Shown: one piece after another, positions 27,269 to 41,208 of the stretch
Layout of the letters: the number at the start of each line of letters is the position of its first letter
How positions within the stretch are numbered: the stretch's first letter is position 1
Origin: the human T2T-CHM13v2.0 reference genome, Homo sapiens
Assembly (NCBI RefSeq): GCF_009914755.1
Contig: NC_060947.1
Strand: one strand, 5' to 3'
Length of the DNA stretch: 64,000 bases
Made by a program: the position numbers and the translations under genes
Notes under the pieces: generated by a model
Told to the model about the DNA's origin: nothing
Seen by the model: only the letters and a program-made list of their open reading frames with translations
Database searches by the model: none

Positions 27269-27310
<42 letters not shown>

Positions 27311-27328
27311 TGCGTGTGTGTGTGTGTG

Positions 27329-27369
<41 letters not shown>

Positions 27370-27430
27370 CTTGTGTCATCTTAGCCATTATCAGTATATG
27401 TATGTATGTGTGTGTGTGTACATATATATA
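27240..27430. repeat. Duplicated unique unit plus compound (TA)n/(TG)n microsatellite
   Basis: gtgtcatcttagccattatca occurs twice, each copy followed by TA/TG runs. Confidence 0.9.
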
Positions 27431-27639
27431 ATTTAAAGCCTGGAAGCCTGGAAGCAATGGCCCGATTCTTGGTCACATTGCCATAACATCCAAGATTTCA
27501 ATTCCAAGCCGCTGCCATGGAGTATAAGGACCAGATAATTTAGAATGTATTTGGAGGAAAGCAAGTAGGGTGGTGGAAGGACCCAAATTTGCACAATGAC
27601 TAATGGCTAAGGGGAGGTTGGGGGAAGTTTTGCCAAACC

Positions 27640-29270
27640 TTTTAGGCACAAAAATTAGCTTAATAGAAAACCTAACAAATATGAACAAAATGAGTTAATG
27701 AACATCCCTAATGAACGTAGCTGAAGAAATTCTTCAAAGATATTTACAAACTGAATCCAGCAACATGTTTTAAAAAAAATACCGTTACATGTCATTGCCT
27801 TCTTGTAATGTGCTTCAATATTGGAAAGGCTATGGATCACATCACAATGTCAGATAAAATAAATAATAATTCAGTAGGCAGTTTAAAAGGCAATTGATGA
27901 AATGTAAGTTCATTTATGTTCCAAAAATTAAACAACAAAAATCCCAAAAGCTGGTTAAATTAGAAATACACGAGCAGATTTTAAACATGATGGTTTATAT
28001 ATTTCTCATATTGATGGCACAATGCTAACTGGTAAAGCAATACATGTTTTCCCACTCGAGTCAGGAATATGAGCAATATGATGATTCTCATTACTTTTAT
28101 TTAACATTACTCAAGATAGAAGACCAGAGAAATGAATAGGTTATAAATATAGAAAAGTATTCCTTACTGTATTCCAACATTATCATTGATTAACAATGAT
28201 AGAATTGCTTGTCCTATAACAGTAACAATAAAAATTGAAAAATACTTGAATTATTAAAATATTAGTAAGGAAGTTAGTTTCATAATAAATATACAAATAA
28301 AATACAAAGAGCAGAAAATCTAGTGAGAAGGTAAAATCAAAAATAGATTGTCTTCAGATTTAACAATAAAGCATAAAGTACCCCAGAGTAAACTGGATAA
28401 AAAATGTGCAGGGTCCATAGGAAGAAAACTATAAAACTTGACTAAAGGCCATAAAGAACGCTTAAATAAATTGAAAAAAGACAAATTACGTTGTCGGTTA
28501 GAAAGACTAAATACGTTGAAGATGCCAGCTATAGCCAAAGTATTCTCTAAATCAAATGTAACATCAAAAAGCCAGGGACTTTTACTTCAAACTTTGTAAG
28601 ATGTTCATTTTGACCAATAAAAAGTAGGAATAAGAAAGAAAAGAAACATTTTAAAAGAAGGATTTGCCTAACCAGATATCATAATGTGCTCTAGAGTAGT
28701 TAAAATACTGTAGTAATATTAGGGGAATATACAAACCAGAAAAAGAGCATAAAAATTCCAGGGGAAATAAATATTTAAGAATCGGTTATACTAACATAAA
28801 CTGAAACAATAAAGAAAAAAGATACTGTAATGACGTGCTAAAGAAGAACTATTACAGAAAAACAAGTTAACCTTCACTTAACCCCAAAATAAATTGTGAG
28901 TGGATAATTTGCATTTTAAATAGAGCCTTATAATTTCTAGAAAAAAATATTATCTTAGGTCTAGGGGATCTTTCTAATCATAAAAACAGAGAAACTATTT
29001 TTTAAAAGACATAAATTTAATTTTACAATATTCATGTTTAAAAGTTACAAGAAATAATTAAAAGAACTAAAAAGCAAAATTGAAGCCAGAGGAATATCTG
29101 AAAAAACGTAAAGGATAAATAGTTTTATATATAAATAATTCCTTAAAAAAATAATAAACCCCCAACAGAGAAAAAGCGACAAATGGCATTAGTGGGCAAA
29201 GGAAAACTACAAATGGTCAATAAACATACAAAGTTGTTTCAATCTCTCTAACATTGAAAGTAACGCAAAA
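27640..29270 (+). mobile_element. Very old L1M ORF2 remnant
   Basis: aactgaatccagcaacatg, ttcccactcgagtcaggaa, gaagaaaactataaaac, caaatggtcaataaacata. Confidence 0.7.
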
Positions 29271-29282
29271 ATATTTTACCTA

Positions 29283-29758
<476 letters not shown>

Positions 29759-29769
29759 GCAGCAGCACA

Positions 29770-30070
29770 TATAAAGTTAGTTATACAAGATGAATTAGTT
29801 CCAGTGATCTGTAAGATAGTGCCTATAGTTACGAATAAAGTACCCTATACTTAAACATGTGCTCAGAAGGTAGTTCATGTTATACGCTCTCACCATCCAA
29901 AAAAGAAAAAAAAAGGAACCAAAAAAGGAACTCAAGAAAACTTATGTATGTGCTGGATATGTTTGTTAATTAGATTGTGCTGATGGTAACATGAGTGTAT
30001 ATATATGTCCAAACTTTCCAAATTATGCGTAGTTTTTGCATACCAGTTATATCTCAATGAAGCTGAGGAA
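29770..30070 (+). mobile_element. L1MA9/MB-type 3'UTR fragment
   Basis: agttatacaagatgaattagttccagtgatctg; ggatatgtttgttaattagattgtgctgatgg. Confidence 0.7.
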
Positions 30071-30318
30071 AAAAATACAAAGGAACATACAGACAAAATA
30101 AATAACAGTACGGTTTCAAAGGGTGATACTTACGTGAAGAATGTAAAGTAGGATAAATGGATAGAAAGCAACTGAGAGAACTATTTAAATGGGAGAAAAT
30201 GAACACAATCTTTTTGAAGGCTAATCTGGCAGTGTGCATCAATAGTTTTACAAATGTCCATACCTTTAAAAAAAATTTTACCTTAAAACAATTTTAGACT
30301 CGCGAGAAATTGCAAAAT

Positions 30319-31352
30319 TAGACATTTGGGACTACAACAAAGTAAAAAGCTTCTGCACAGCCAAAACAATCAACAAAATGAAAAGACAACTTACCGAATG
30401 GGAGAAAATATTTTCAAAATATACATTTAATAAGGGGTTAATTTCCAAAATATATAAGGAACTACTACAACTGAAAAAGAAAATGAATAACTTAATTTTA
30501 AAATGGGCTGAACACTTGAATAAACTTTTCTCCAAAGAAGGCATACAAATGGCAAACAGGTATATGAAGAGGTGTTCAAAATCACTATCAAGGAAATGCA
30601 AATCAAAATCACAATGAGATATAACCTTGCACCTGTAAAGATGGCTATTATCAGAAAAACAAAAGACAAGTGTTGGCAAAAATGTGGAGAAATTGGAACC
30701 CTTGTACACTGTTGGTGGGAATGTAAATTGGTGCAGCCATTACAGAAAACAGGAAGGAAGATTATCAAAAAAAATTTCAAATAGAACTACCATATAAGCC
30801 AGTAATCCCACTTCTGGGAACTTATTTATAAAGAGTTGAAATCAGGATCTTGAGGCGATCTTAACATTCCCATGTTCATGGCAGCACTATTTGCACTAGC
30901 CAAGATGTGGAAACAACCTAAATTTCCATAAATGGATGAATAAAGAAAATGTGGTATATACATACAATGGAATATTATTCAGCCTTTAATAAGGAAAAAC
31001 TCCTGCAGTACGTGACAACATGAATGAACTTTGGAGACATGTTGCTAAATGAAATAAGCCAGTCATGGACAAATATGGCATGATTCCATTTATATGAATT
31101 ATCTAAAATAGTCAAACTCATAAAAACAAAAAATAGAATGGTGGATGCCAGGGGAAATGGGAAGGGAGAAGGAGGAGTTACTAACCGATGTGTATAAAAT
31201 TTCAATTATGCAAGATGAATAAGTTCCAGAAATCTGCTGTACAACATTGAGCCTATAGGTAACAATACTGTATTGTACACTTAAAAATCTGTTAAGAAGG
31301 TAGATCTCATGTTAAGTGTTCCTACATAAAATTAACCATTTTTTTAATTAAA
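30319..31352 (+). mobile_element. 5'-truncated L1MA9/MB inserted into an antisense L1MC
   Basis: ORF2 end [29 protein letters not shown]; 3'UTR ttatgcaagatgaataagttccagaaatctgctgtacaac; degenerate TSD agaaattgcaaa / agaagttgcaaa. Confidence 0.88.
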
Positions 31353-32860
31353 CAAGAAGTTGCAAATATAGTAGAACATTAATATGATTGCTTTACCTGC
31401 TTTTTCTTAATGATAACATCTTACATAGTCATAGTAAAATACCGAAACCAGGAAACTGACATAGGTATAATATTATTATAATACTATAAACTACATACCT
31501 ATTTCAATTTCACAGTTTTCACATGGACTCATCTGTGTTTTGGGTGTGTACTACTATGAAATTTTATCACATCTATAGATTCATATAATGGCCATCACAA
31601 TCAGGATACAGAAGTGTTCCATCACCACAAAAAACTCAGTCATCATACCCCTTTATGGTTTATGTTACCAACTGTAACCCCTGACCAGCACTGATCTGTT
31701 CTCTATCACCATAATTTTGTCACTTTGAAAGTATTATATAAATGGAATAGAGTATGTAACCTTATGCGATTGACTTTGTTTCCTCACTCAGCATAATACT
31801 CTAGAGATCCATCTAAGTTTTTGTGGGTATCAATAATTCATTTCTCTTCATGACTGAGAAGTATTCCCATTACATGAATGAACAAGTTTCTTTGGATAAA
31901 CTTCACCCACTGAAGGACATTTGGGATATTTGCAGTTTAGGGGATATTACAAACAAAGCTGCTATGAACATTTGTGTCCAGGTGTTTGTGTGCATACATG
32001 TTTTCAAGTCAGTACGATAAACATCCAAGATTGTGTTTCCTGGTTCCTACGGAAAGTATACGGTATAAATTTGTAAGAAACTGCCACATTGTTCTCTGAG
32101 GATTGTACCATTTTACTTTTCTACCAGCAATATATGGCAGATCCAGATGTTCCACATCCTGTCAATATTTAGTGTTGCCACTATCTTCTATTTTAGCTAT
32201 TCTGGTAGATGTATACTGTTATCATGGTTTTAGTTTGCATTTATCTAATGGCTAATAATGTTGAACATATTTTTATGTATTTATTTGTCCTCCGCATATC
32301 CTCTTTGTTTAAGTGTCTGATCAAGTTTTTTGCCATTTTCTAATGGGATTGCTATCTTACCTTTGAGTTTAGAGAGTTATTCAGATATTCTGGTTACAAG
32401 CTTCATGTTGGATATGTGATCTGTAGAAATTTTTCTTACAGCCAGTGGCTTGTCTTCTCATCCTCTTAATAGTCTCACAGAGTAAAAGTTTAAATTTTTT
32501 AATAAAGACAAATTTATCATATTTTCTTTTATGGATTACGCTTTGGTATTGTGACTAAAAACTCTGCTTAACTCAAATCATGAAGGTTTTCTCCTGTGTT
32601 TTCTTATAAAAGTTTTATATATTTACTGTTTACATTTAGATCTCTGCCATTTCAGTTAATCTTTGTATAAGGTATGAGATTTAGATTTAGGATTATTTTT
32701 GGTCCACGGATAACCAATTTTCCAACATGATTTACTGAAAATATCATTCTTCCTCCATTGAATTGCTTTTTCACCTATGACAAAAATAAGCTGGGTGTAC
32801 TTATGGTGGGTCACTTTCTAGACTCTTCATTCTGTTCCACTGACCTATGTGTTCACTCAT
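31353..32860 (-). mobile_element. L1MC-type 3'UTR and ORF2 end (3' tip at ~30265-30318)
   Basis: aaaccaggaaactgacataggta; cacaatcaggatacagaagtgttccatcaccacaaa; aaagctgctatgaacatttgtgt. Confidence 0.8.
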
Positions 32861-32909
32861 TTTTCTATAAGATGTTGTCTTGTGTTCCCATCTTCCTTTT
32901 TCTTCCCCC

Positions 32910-33047
<138 letters not shown>

Positions 33048-33984
33048 TGATTCCACAATAATTTCCAGGAATTTATCCATAAGAGATAAAAATAAGAATT
33101 CTCCATAAGACCTAGACATATGTGAAAAAATATACATGTAAGGATGTTCAGTGCAGCTTTTTCACATTGAACTAGAAATAATATAGTGTCTAACAATAGG
33201 AAATTAAAGATTTCAGATTCCAGCAAAAACGGCTTACTCAGCTAATGCATAAACTCTCTCCCTATAAAATGTAGTGATGTTGAATAAACATTTAATATAA
33301 CATATTTAAAACATAATACATTTTAATATATAGTTCACCTCAAAAACGGAACTCTTCAGGAACCAGAATTGATGAGGTCCCTGAGAGCTAGAATTCCAGA
33401 AGTATATGCTGATATTGTTGTAGCCTTGAACATGTTACTAGCCCAATAATAGGAGAGTTATTATTTTAATGCACACAAAGGCATGGATGACAACAGCTTT
33501 ATTCACTCAAGATTGGACATAGGAACTAAGACCTGGGAGTAAAGCTAAGAACCTTGAAAGACTGTGATCCCAGTGAAGAGAAAATAAAAATGCTCCATGC
33601 ACCTACCCATTGAGTTCACAATAAATCTTCAGAGGGAAATTAAATCACTGTGACTGGCCCTCACATAGGTAGAGTCTGTGTATTCTAAACTCAGAGGCTA
33701 GGATCTACCAAGTCAATAAATGAGCATAAACATTTGTTCTGGGCCTTGGATACCCAAACAGCCCAACAGGAACAATTGCAAACTCTCTGGAGAAATAACC
33801 GAGGCTACAAGAGATTCCTCCTAAAAAAACAAGCTCCCCTTTAGATAAGCTAACAACAAAAGTTAAAAATTATAGATGGAATCACCAAACATGGCAAAGA
33901 CATCAGACACTACAAACAAATGAATTAGCATTCCAGTAACTTGAGGAAAGGCCTACAGATTTTTCTGTTATGATTCTATAACCA

Positions 33985-34523
<539 letters not shown>

Positions 34524-34554
34524 GTCATGAAATAAGTATAAAATGGGTAATATG

Positions 34555-34920
34555 ACCCATTCATTCAATCATGATTCATCAAGTATCCACTATATGCCAG
34601 ACACCAGGAAACTTTGGTGCGCTAAATAAACAAAGTGCTTGCCTTCATTGGGCTTAAGTAATAACATGAGTGCAAAAGGAGAAAGAGGGAACATGGAGAA
34701 ACAGATAATTAACTAGAAAATATATATTATGCTAGACGGTGATATGTATTATTATAGAGAAAAACCAGGCAGGGTAAAACTCATAAAGATGATGTCTGTG
34801 TGTGTGTGTCTGTGCATGTGTATGTGTATGTGTGTGTGGTGCAATGGTTTGTGGAAGTATTATTTTATATCAAGTGATCAGTAAAAGCCTCACAAATAAG
34901 GTTATATTTGAGGAGGGTCT
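34555..34920 (-). mobile_element. L2 3' remnant containing a (TG)n tract
   Basis: cattcattcaatc...tatgccagacacc...gccttcattgggctta; aaagcctcacaaataaggttatatttgag. Confidence 0.7.
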
Positions 34921-35172
34921 TGTAAATCAAGAACCAAATACTGTAGAATGTCTTAAAAATATACAGTCACTGAGATTCTTTAAAAGAGCTCAATGCATGA
35001 ATTCAACAGAGGATTAGACAGAGCAGAAGGAAGGATTAGATCTCAATTCAGAAAATACAGCATGATAAATATTTTGAAAACTTTCCAGTTACGAAATAAC
35101 TATATTTTATACAATTGACCAGAAACAGCTTTTTAAATTTATGAGTCTATTTATAAAATATACCGCCTCAAT

Positions 35173-35413
35173 CAGCACAGTCAAATCTAAATATAATGCA
35201 AGTCACGTATATAACTTTGTGTTTTCTAGTAGCCACACTAGAAAAGTAAAAACAAATAGGTAAAATTAATTTTAATAATATACTTTAGCAGTTGAATAAT
35301 ATATTTAACCCAAAATATCCAAAATGTTATTTTAACATGTGGCACTAGCCACATTTTCTGTGCTTAGTAACCATATATACTAGTAGCTACCATATTACAC
35401 ATTGCAGCCCTAG
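35173..35413. mobile_element. MER3/MER33-like hAT MITE
   Basis: aaatataatgcaagtcac...ttttctagtagccacac...cactagccacattttctgtgcttagtaaccat. Confidence 0.8.
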
Positions 35414-38129
35414 ATGCTTCATCAATTCTTGCAGACAGCCTTTTAAATGCTTAGCTGAACACGAGGTAGATTATACCAAAAAATTGAAAACAAAAAAAAA
35501 AAGAAGCTACTGTCGTGGACATTCTAGGGAATTTTGCCTTTCTCAGAAACTTCTGTTCCTTGAGTGTTTATGGCTGTGCTGGGATTGAATGATATGCCCT
35601 TTGACTAACCCAGTCAATGAGAGGATTACTATTTCTATCCTGAAGACAGACACAGAAAGAAAGGGACATAAAAGGAAACACAGTTGAAACACCAAGAGAG
35701 TAACAGGGACAAAGAGGGATAGTGAGCCTATGCATGCACCTACACACATAAACACAGACAGGAGGAATGACAAATGGGTAGAGAGAGAGCAAGACAAAGA
35801 AGACAGCCTCCTCTCAAGCCCAGATTAGAAATTGAACGTGGGACCTCCTCTCTCTCCTTGAAGCATAGGGCCCTCCACTTCAAGTTGTGCCTCCAGAAGC
35901 ACCACTCGGTGGTAGAAGATACCATTGACTGCAGTGACTGAAACTCACAAACATGAATTCATCAATTTCAACCTTACTCAAGGCTCCACTTGGCTGGAGA
36001 GAGTAGACTTGAAATCAATGACTCTAGAGAGTAAATGAAGGAGCTGAATTCAGCAGAAGCATGGAGGTGGCTGCGGAGGTATGCCTTACTAGAATTTTAA
36101 AAATATAAAGTGTGAAAAACTATTTTTTCCTCAGAACTCTCTAAATGAAAAGCCAGATCTCATATCTTGGGTTCCTCAACCAGGAAATGTATACTATATG
36201 TACACTAAAATAATGGGCACAAGCATTGTACAGACCTGTTTTTAAACTCAGTTACATTTGACAACTATTGACTTAATTGGCAAGTACATGCCTCTGATAT
36301 AATTCTAAAGTGTGATGTGGGTCTGTTTGGTAACCCTAAAATGCCTTAACTCTAAGCAGGGACCTTGTTTGAAGGGGCAAAGTAACACTATAATAAAAGC
36401 CCCATGGACTGTGAATCTTAAGTGTGTATCCTGAGTCTGGTTATATTTTTAAGTAGCAGCATGACCCTATCAACCAATTATCCTCTCAGTTTACTTGCAT
36501 GTAAAATTATCACATTGGATGAGAAGATTTGCTCTGGTTTTATAAACTATGATTCCACTTCTATATAGAAAATAATGATAAACAAAATGTTTATATATTT
36601 TATTTTGCATAGAATGAAATAGAATAAGAAAGGTTTGATTCATAAGGCCACTCTAGATCTTTCTAGGTCTGTCCTCTGCAAGGTAACTAGATAATCTCAC
36701 AATAAATAAATTCTCAGGAAACAAAATGAATTCCAATTTCCCCACTTCAATCCACTAATTGCCATATGAGTGTAGAGTCTCTGTATGTTGGAGTTATAAA
36801 AAATGGCAGTTGTTAAACAATGTATAAATATAAAAAATTATAATACTTTACCTTTGAAATACCAGTGGTCAAGTAACTTCATAATTAACCTCAAGAAAAT
36901 TAAAACATAGGTATGTTCAAAAACAGTTTCCCAACAGTTCTTTCTCAGTTTTCCAACACCATTCACAGTGGCTATGCATCTTCATTTCTAATGTCACCTT
37001 TTCAGAAACCACTTGCCACCAGGTCATGCCTTGCAGCTAAGTTATTCCCAGCTTCTTCCTTACATCTGACAAGTTTTGCACCTAAATGTCTCTGACTTGT
37101 ATTGGTGGATACTTGGTCACAGAGGGGCTTTGTTTGCCACCTTCCTAGGTTACAAAATCTGTGATGCATATTTCATGTATATTATTTTGTTTGTGCAGCT
37201 GCTCAATACAAATACAATGATGTATACAATTTGGGGGCTTGTTTCAATATGCAAACTTCACAGAAGCCTCTGCCCAGAACCAGCAATCAGCAGGACCAGC
37301 ACAACACTGCCAAAAATTTTACAAAGGCAATTCAAACAACCCTATAATTTAACTTTTATTTTTATGTAATAATGTTTATATACTATTTCAAATTGAAATG
37401 TAATTAGTTTAGAGTCTCATAATGCAGATTTTTGAGTAAGCATCACCGATTTTACAAAGACAGGCAAAGGCCACCTAATATTGACCAGTACAATTAGTTT
37501 TCTGATTGACAGCTAAACCTTCCCATTTATTCAAGTTATTGACACTTTCACGTGTCAAGCTGAAATACTGTTATTCTCTGAACTGTGAAATTTCAGAGAT
37601 TGTTCCATTCTGGAAACAAATAACCATATGAGGGGAGAATACTTGAAGGCTACTACTATTATTTCTAATACTCACAAATTCTTAAGTTTGATTCAAATGA
37701 ATGTCCTGATAATGGGAAATAATATTGAAAATATTGTGACTTTCCACTGTTGAAAAGCGGTACGATATATATAAGTTTTGAGCTAGGCAGCTGAATTTGA
37801 AGTTTGGCTCCAACCCCACCCTGCACAATGCCTCATATAGAATAGATGCTCACTAAATATTACTTTCCTTCCCTTATTGGTTTTCCCTAAAGTCGAGTAG
37901 AAAAATGAGTTTTGATGTAAACCTATCAGCAATGAGGAGTTACTGAAAATGTTATTTTAACTTGAAAAAATGAATATGATATTTTAGATAAGAGATGAAG
38001 AAAGAGTGGAGTCAAGGAGATTGATTAATATAATCTGGACTATAATGGGGACAGAAGAAGCATTATAAAATCTTTATCTACCTACCTACCTACCTAGTTA
38101 TTTATCTATCTATAACCATTTGTTTGTTT

Positions 38130-38320
38130 AGAAAGAACATTCACATCTCCAACAAGAAACCTGTGAAAGAGGTATGATTATTCTGTTTTCCTAGATGAGA
38201 AAAGTGATGTTCAGAGGTCATTTATTTTTCCTAAGGCCAATATAACTATGTAACTAAGTGTTGGACTCAGAGCTTTAAGACAAAAGATATCTATGCTTAT
38301 TCCTATAATATACTCCATCT
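38130..38320 (-). mobile_element. MIR
   Basis: aacctgtgaaagaggtatgattattctgttttcctagatgagaaaagtgatgttcagagg. Confidence 0.7.
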
Positions 38321-38483
38321 CATGAGAATATCAAAAAGCATGAGGCTGACCACTGGATATGGATTGGAAGGTGGGGGATAAATCAAATCATATTCAAAGT
38401 TTTTTAGTAGTAACAACAAGGGACAAATTAAAGTCAAAGAAATAATTGGGATGGTATGGGGAATGTGACAAGGAGATCGGTGA

Positions 38484-38784
<301 letters not shown>

Positions 38785-39094
38785 GGGATATACTGATTTT
38801 AAAGTGGGGTGGGGCATCCAAACGGAGCTTCCACTAGGCATTTGGACATGTGGGGTTGGCAGAGTATCAGGCTTGGCTCTATAGAGGTATACAGTGAGAA
38901 AGAATGCTATAAAAACGGACATGAACTGTGAGAGGGACACGCTCAAGTAGAGGGCCAACAACAGTACCGACTTGACACCCATATTTAGGCAAAAAGAGGA
39001 AGTAAAGGAATCAGCCAGAAGGATGGTGAGGAAGTAAGCATAGATATGAAGAAGGATGTTCAGCATAGAAACCAAGAGAGGAATAGGAGGATTG

Positions 39095-39320
39095 TTACTT
39101 TTTGAGCATCCACCAAGTGTCAGGCACTTCACCTATAGGTTAATTCAATTCTAAAACAACTCAGTAGATTCATGTGCTGCATTATCTATATTTTTTAGAT
39201 GTAGAAACTATGGTCAAAGAGGAAATCTGTCCTGTTCAAGAACACACATAAGAAAATCCTGACAAATTTCAGGATTTCGACTTAGTACTGTGAGACTCCA
39301 AATCTCATGCTTTTTCCAGT
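39095..39320 (-). mobile_element. MIR
   Basis: tttgagcatccaccaagtgtcaggcact...ttttttagatgtagaaact...gactccaaatctcatgct. Confidence 0.65.
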
Positions 39321-39390
39321 TTGCAGAGGAGGGAATAGTCACTAGTGACTAAGTGCTGATGTTTATCAAGAAGCAACGTCACAGTTAGCT

Positions 39391-39439
39391 CTCAGTTTCG
39401 GGTATGTCTTTATCAGCAGCGTGAAAATGGACTAATACA
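39391..39439 (+). mobile_element. Isolated 3' tip of a THE1 LTR
   Basis: cagtttcgggtatgtctttatcagcagcgtgaaaatggactaataca matches the THE1B-type terminus. Confidence 0.85.
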
Positions 39440-40103
39440 GTCTCCAAGCAGCTTCCTATGTTAGTCCAGGGGCCCGTGATTGCTGAGGAGACATCCCATT
39501 GGATGGGCAATTAGAGAGAGTACTGGGGATGGGACTGCAATTTCAAGTAGATAGGGTTTAGTAGGGTATAAAAAAGTGAAAATATGTTGGAGATCACTCT
39601 CTGAAGAAGTTAGACAATGACGGCAAGAAGAAAGAAGAGATAATAAATACAGGAGAGCTCTGATCTGAAGATACCACCTCTCACTTTACTTTCTATACTG
39701 GCGATTCCAGTCCTTTTGTAATTTCATGGCTGAATGAAAGTGGTAAAACTAGAAGGTCCCTGCCAATCATCTGGTCTCTTTGGGTGGTAGATAAGGAAAC
39801 AGTTTTATAGGGGTTAAATGGCAGGCCCGGACAGTCAGGTCCCATGCAGAGCTGGGTGGACAAACCCTAGTCTCTTGACTCCTAGTTTAATGCTTTTGTG
39901 GAAAGTATTGACTATAGCACAATACTTCATCCATACGTCTTCCTCAATCTAGCTCACACTTGGATAGCATTTACTTTACCTAAAAATATTCTAACCCATA
40001 TCTCCATCAACCTGTAGTCCAGATAGAATTTGGAAGATTTCCTGCAAGGAGAAGTAGCAAGGGAAATGATTAAAAATATATACCATTAAGAATGCATAGT
40101 ACA

Positions 40104-40540
40104 TGTATTAGTCCATTCTCACATTGCTATAAAGAAATACCTGAGACTGGATAATTTATAAAGAAAAGAGGTTTAATGGGCTCACCGTTCTGCAGGCTGT
40201 AAAGGAAGCATAGCAGCACCGGCTTCTGAGGAGGCCTCAAGAAGCCTCCAGTCATGGCAGAAGGCAAAGCGGGAGTAGGTGTCTCACATGGCAAGAGCAG
40301 GAGCAAGAAAGAGTGTGGGGAGGTGCCGCATACTTTTAAACAACCAGATCTCATGAGAACTCATTCACTATGATGAGGACATTACCAAAGGAACGGCACT
40401 AAGCCATACATGAAAATCCACCCCGACCCCTGCCGTGATCCAATCACTTCCCACCAGGTCCCACCTCCATCATTGGGGATTACAATTGGATTACAATTCA
40501 ATACGAGATTTAGGTGGAGACATAGATCCAAACCATATCG
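40104..40540 (-). mobile_element. MSTA MaLR solo LTR
   Basis: tgtattagtccattctcacattgctataaagaaatacctgagactgg...atccaaaccatatcg; 5-bp TSD gtaca / gtgca. Confidence 0.92.
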
Positions 40541-41208
40541 GTGCATATTTTAGTTAACTTCCAGAATTTCACAGCTATCTTTTCTAAACTTCAATATTCA
40601 AAGAATCCAGGATGTTATTTAGCACAGAACAATCATAGTTTTTGTATTATCCACCACTTGTTTTACTTATCAGCTTTTTTCCTTCTTCCTTAGAATTTGA
40701 AATTCCTTGAAAGTAGCAACTGCTTTATGTGTTTATATATTTTTTTACAAGAGCTAGCACAGTACAGGGTACGTGTTGGACAATGAATACATACTTTTTG
40801 AAAGATTAATATTAATACATAGATGTATGAACTCTTTGGAACAATTTTCCAAAGTCATGTTTTTAAGCAGTCATGAATTAATTGTCCCATGAAAAGTGTG
40901 TGAAATCCAGTTATTTTCACATTTGAGCACCTGGTTCTTACTTGATGATACAAATGGCCAATTCTGAATGCAGTGAGACAGGGTTAAGGAGAAAATCAGG
41001 TAAAATTCTAAGTATGATATCTATTTCTTTAGTTAATCATTTTCTACTAGTAAAAAATAAAACGTTCATTACAGATAACATGAGCAACGCAAACTGAAAA
41101 AAAGAAAATAAAAATCGCAAATAAACCCACTATCCATGGATAAATGCAGCTTGTATTTTATTTCCTTTTATTCTTTTTATACTTATAAACACATATGTAT
41201 TTTTATAT

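Noticed and set aside
30332-30784. Cluster of four overlapping ORFs
   Set aside because: These are sense and antisense frames of a decayed L1 ORF2 C-terminus.
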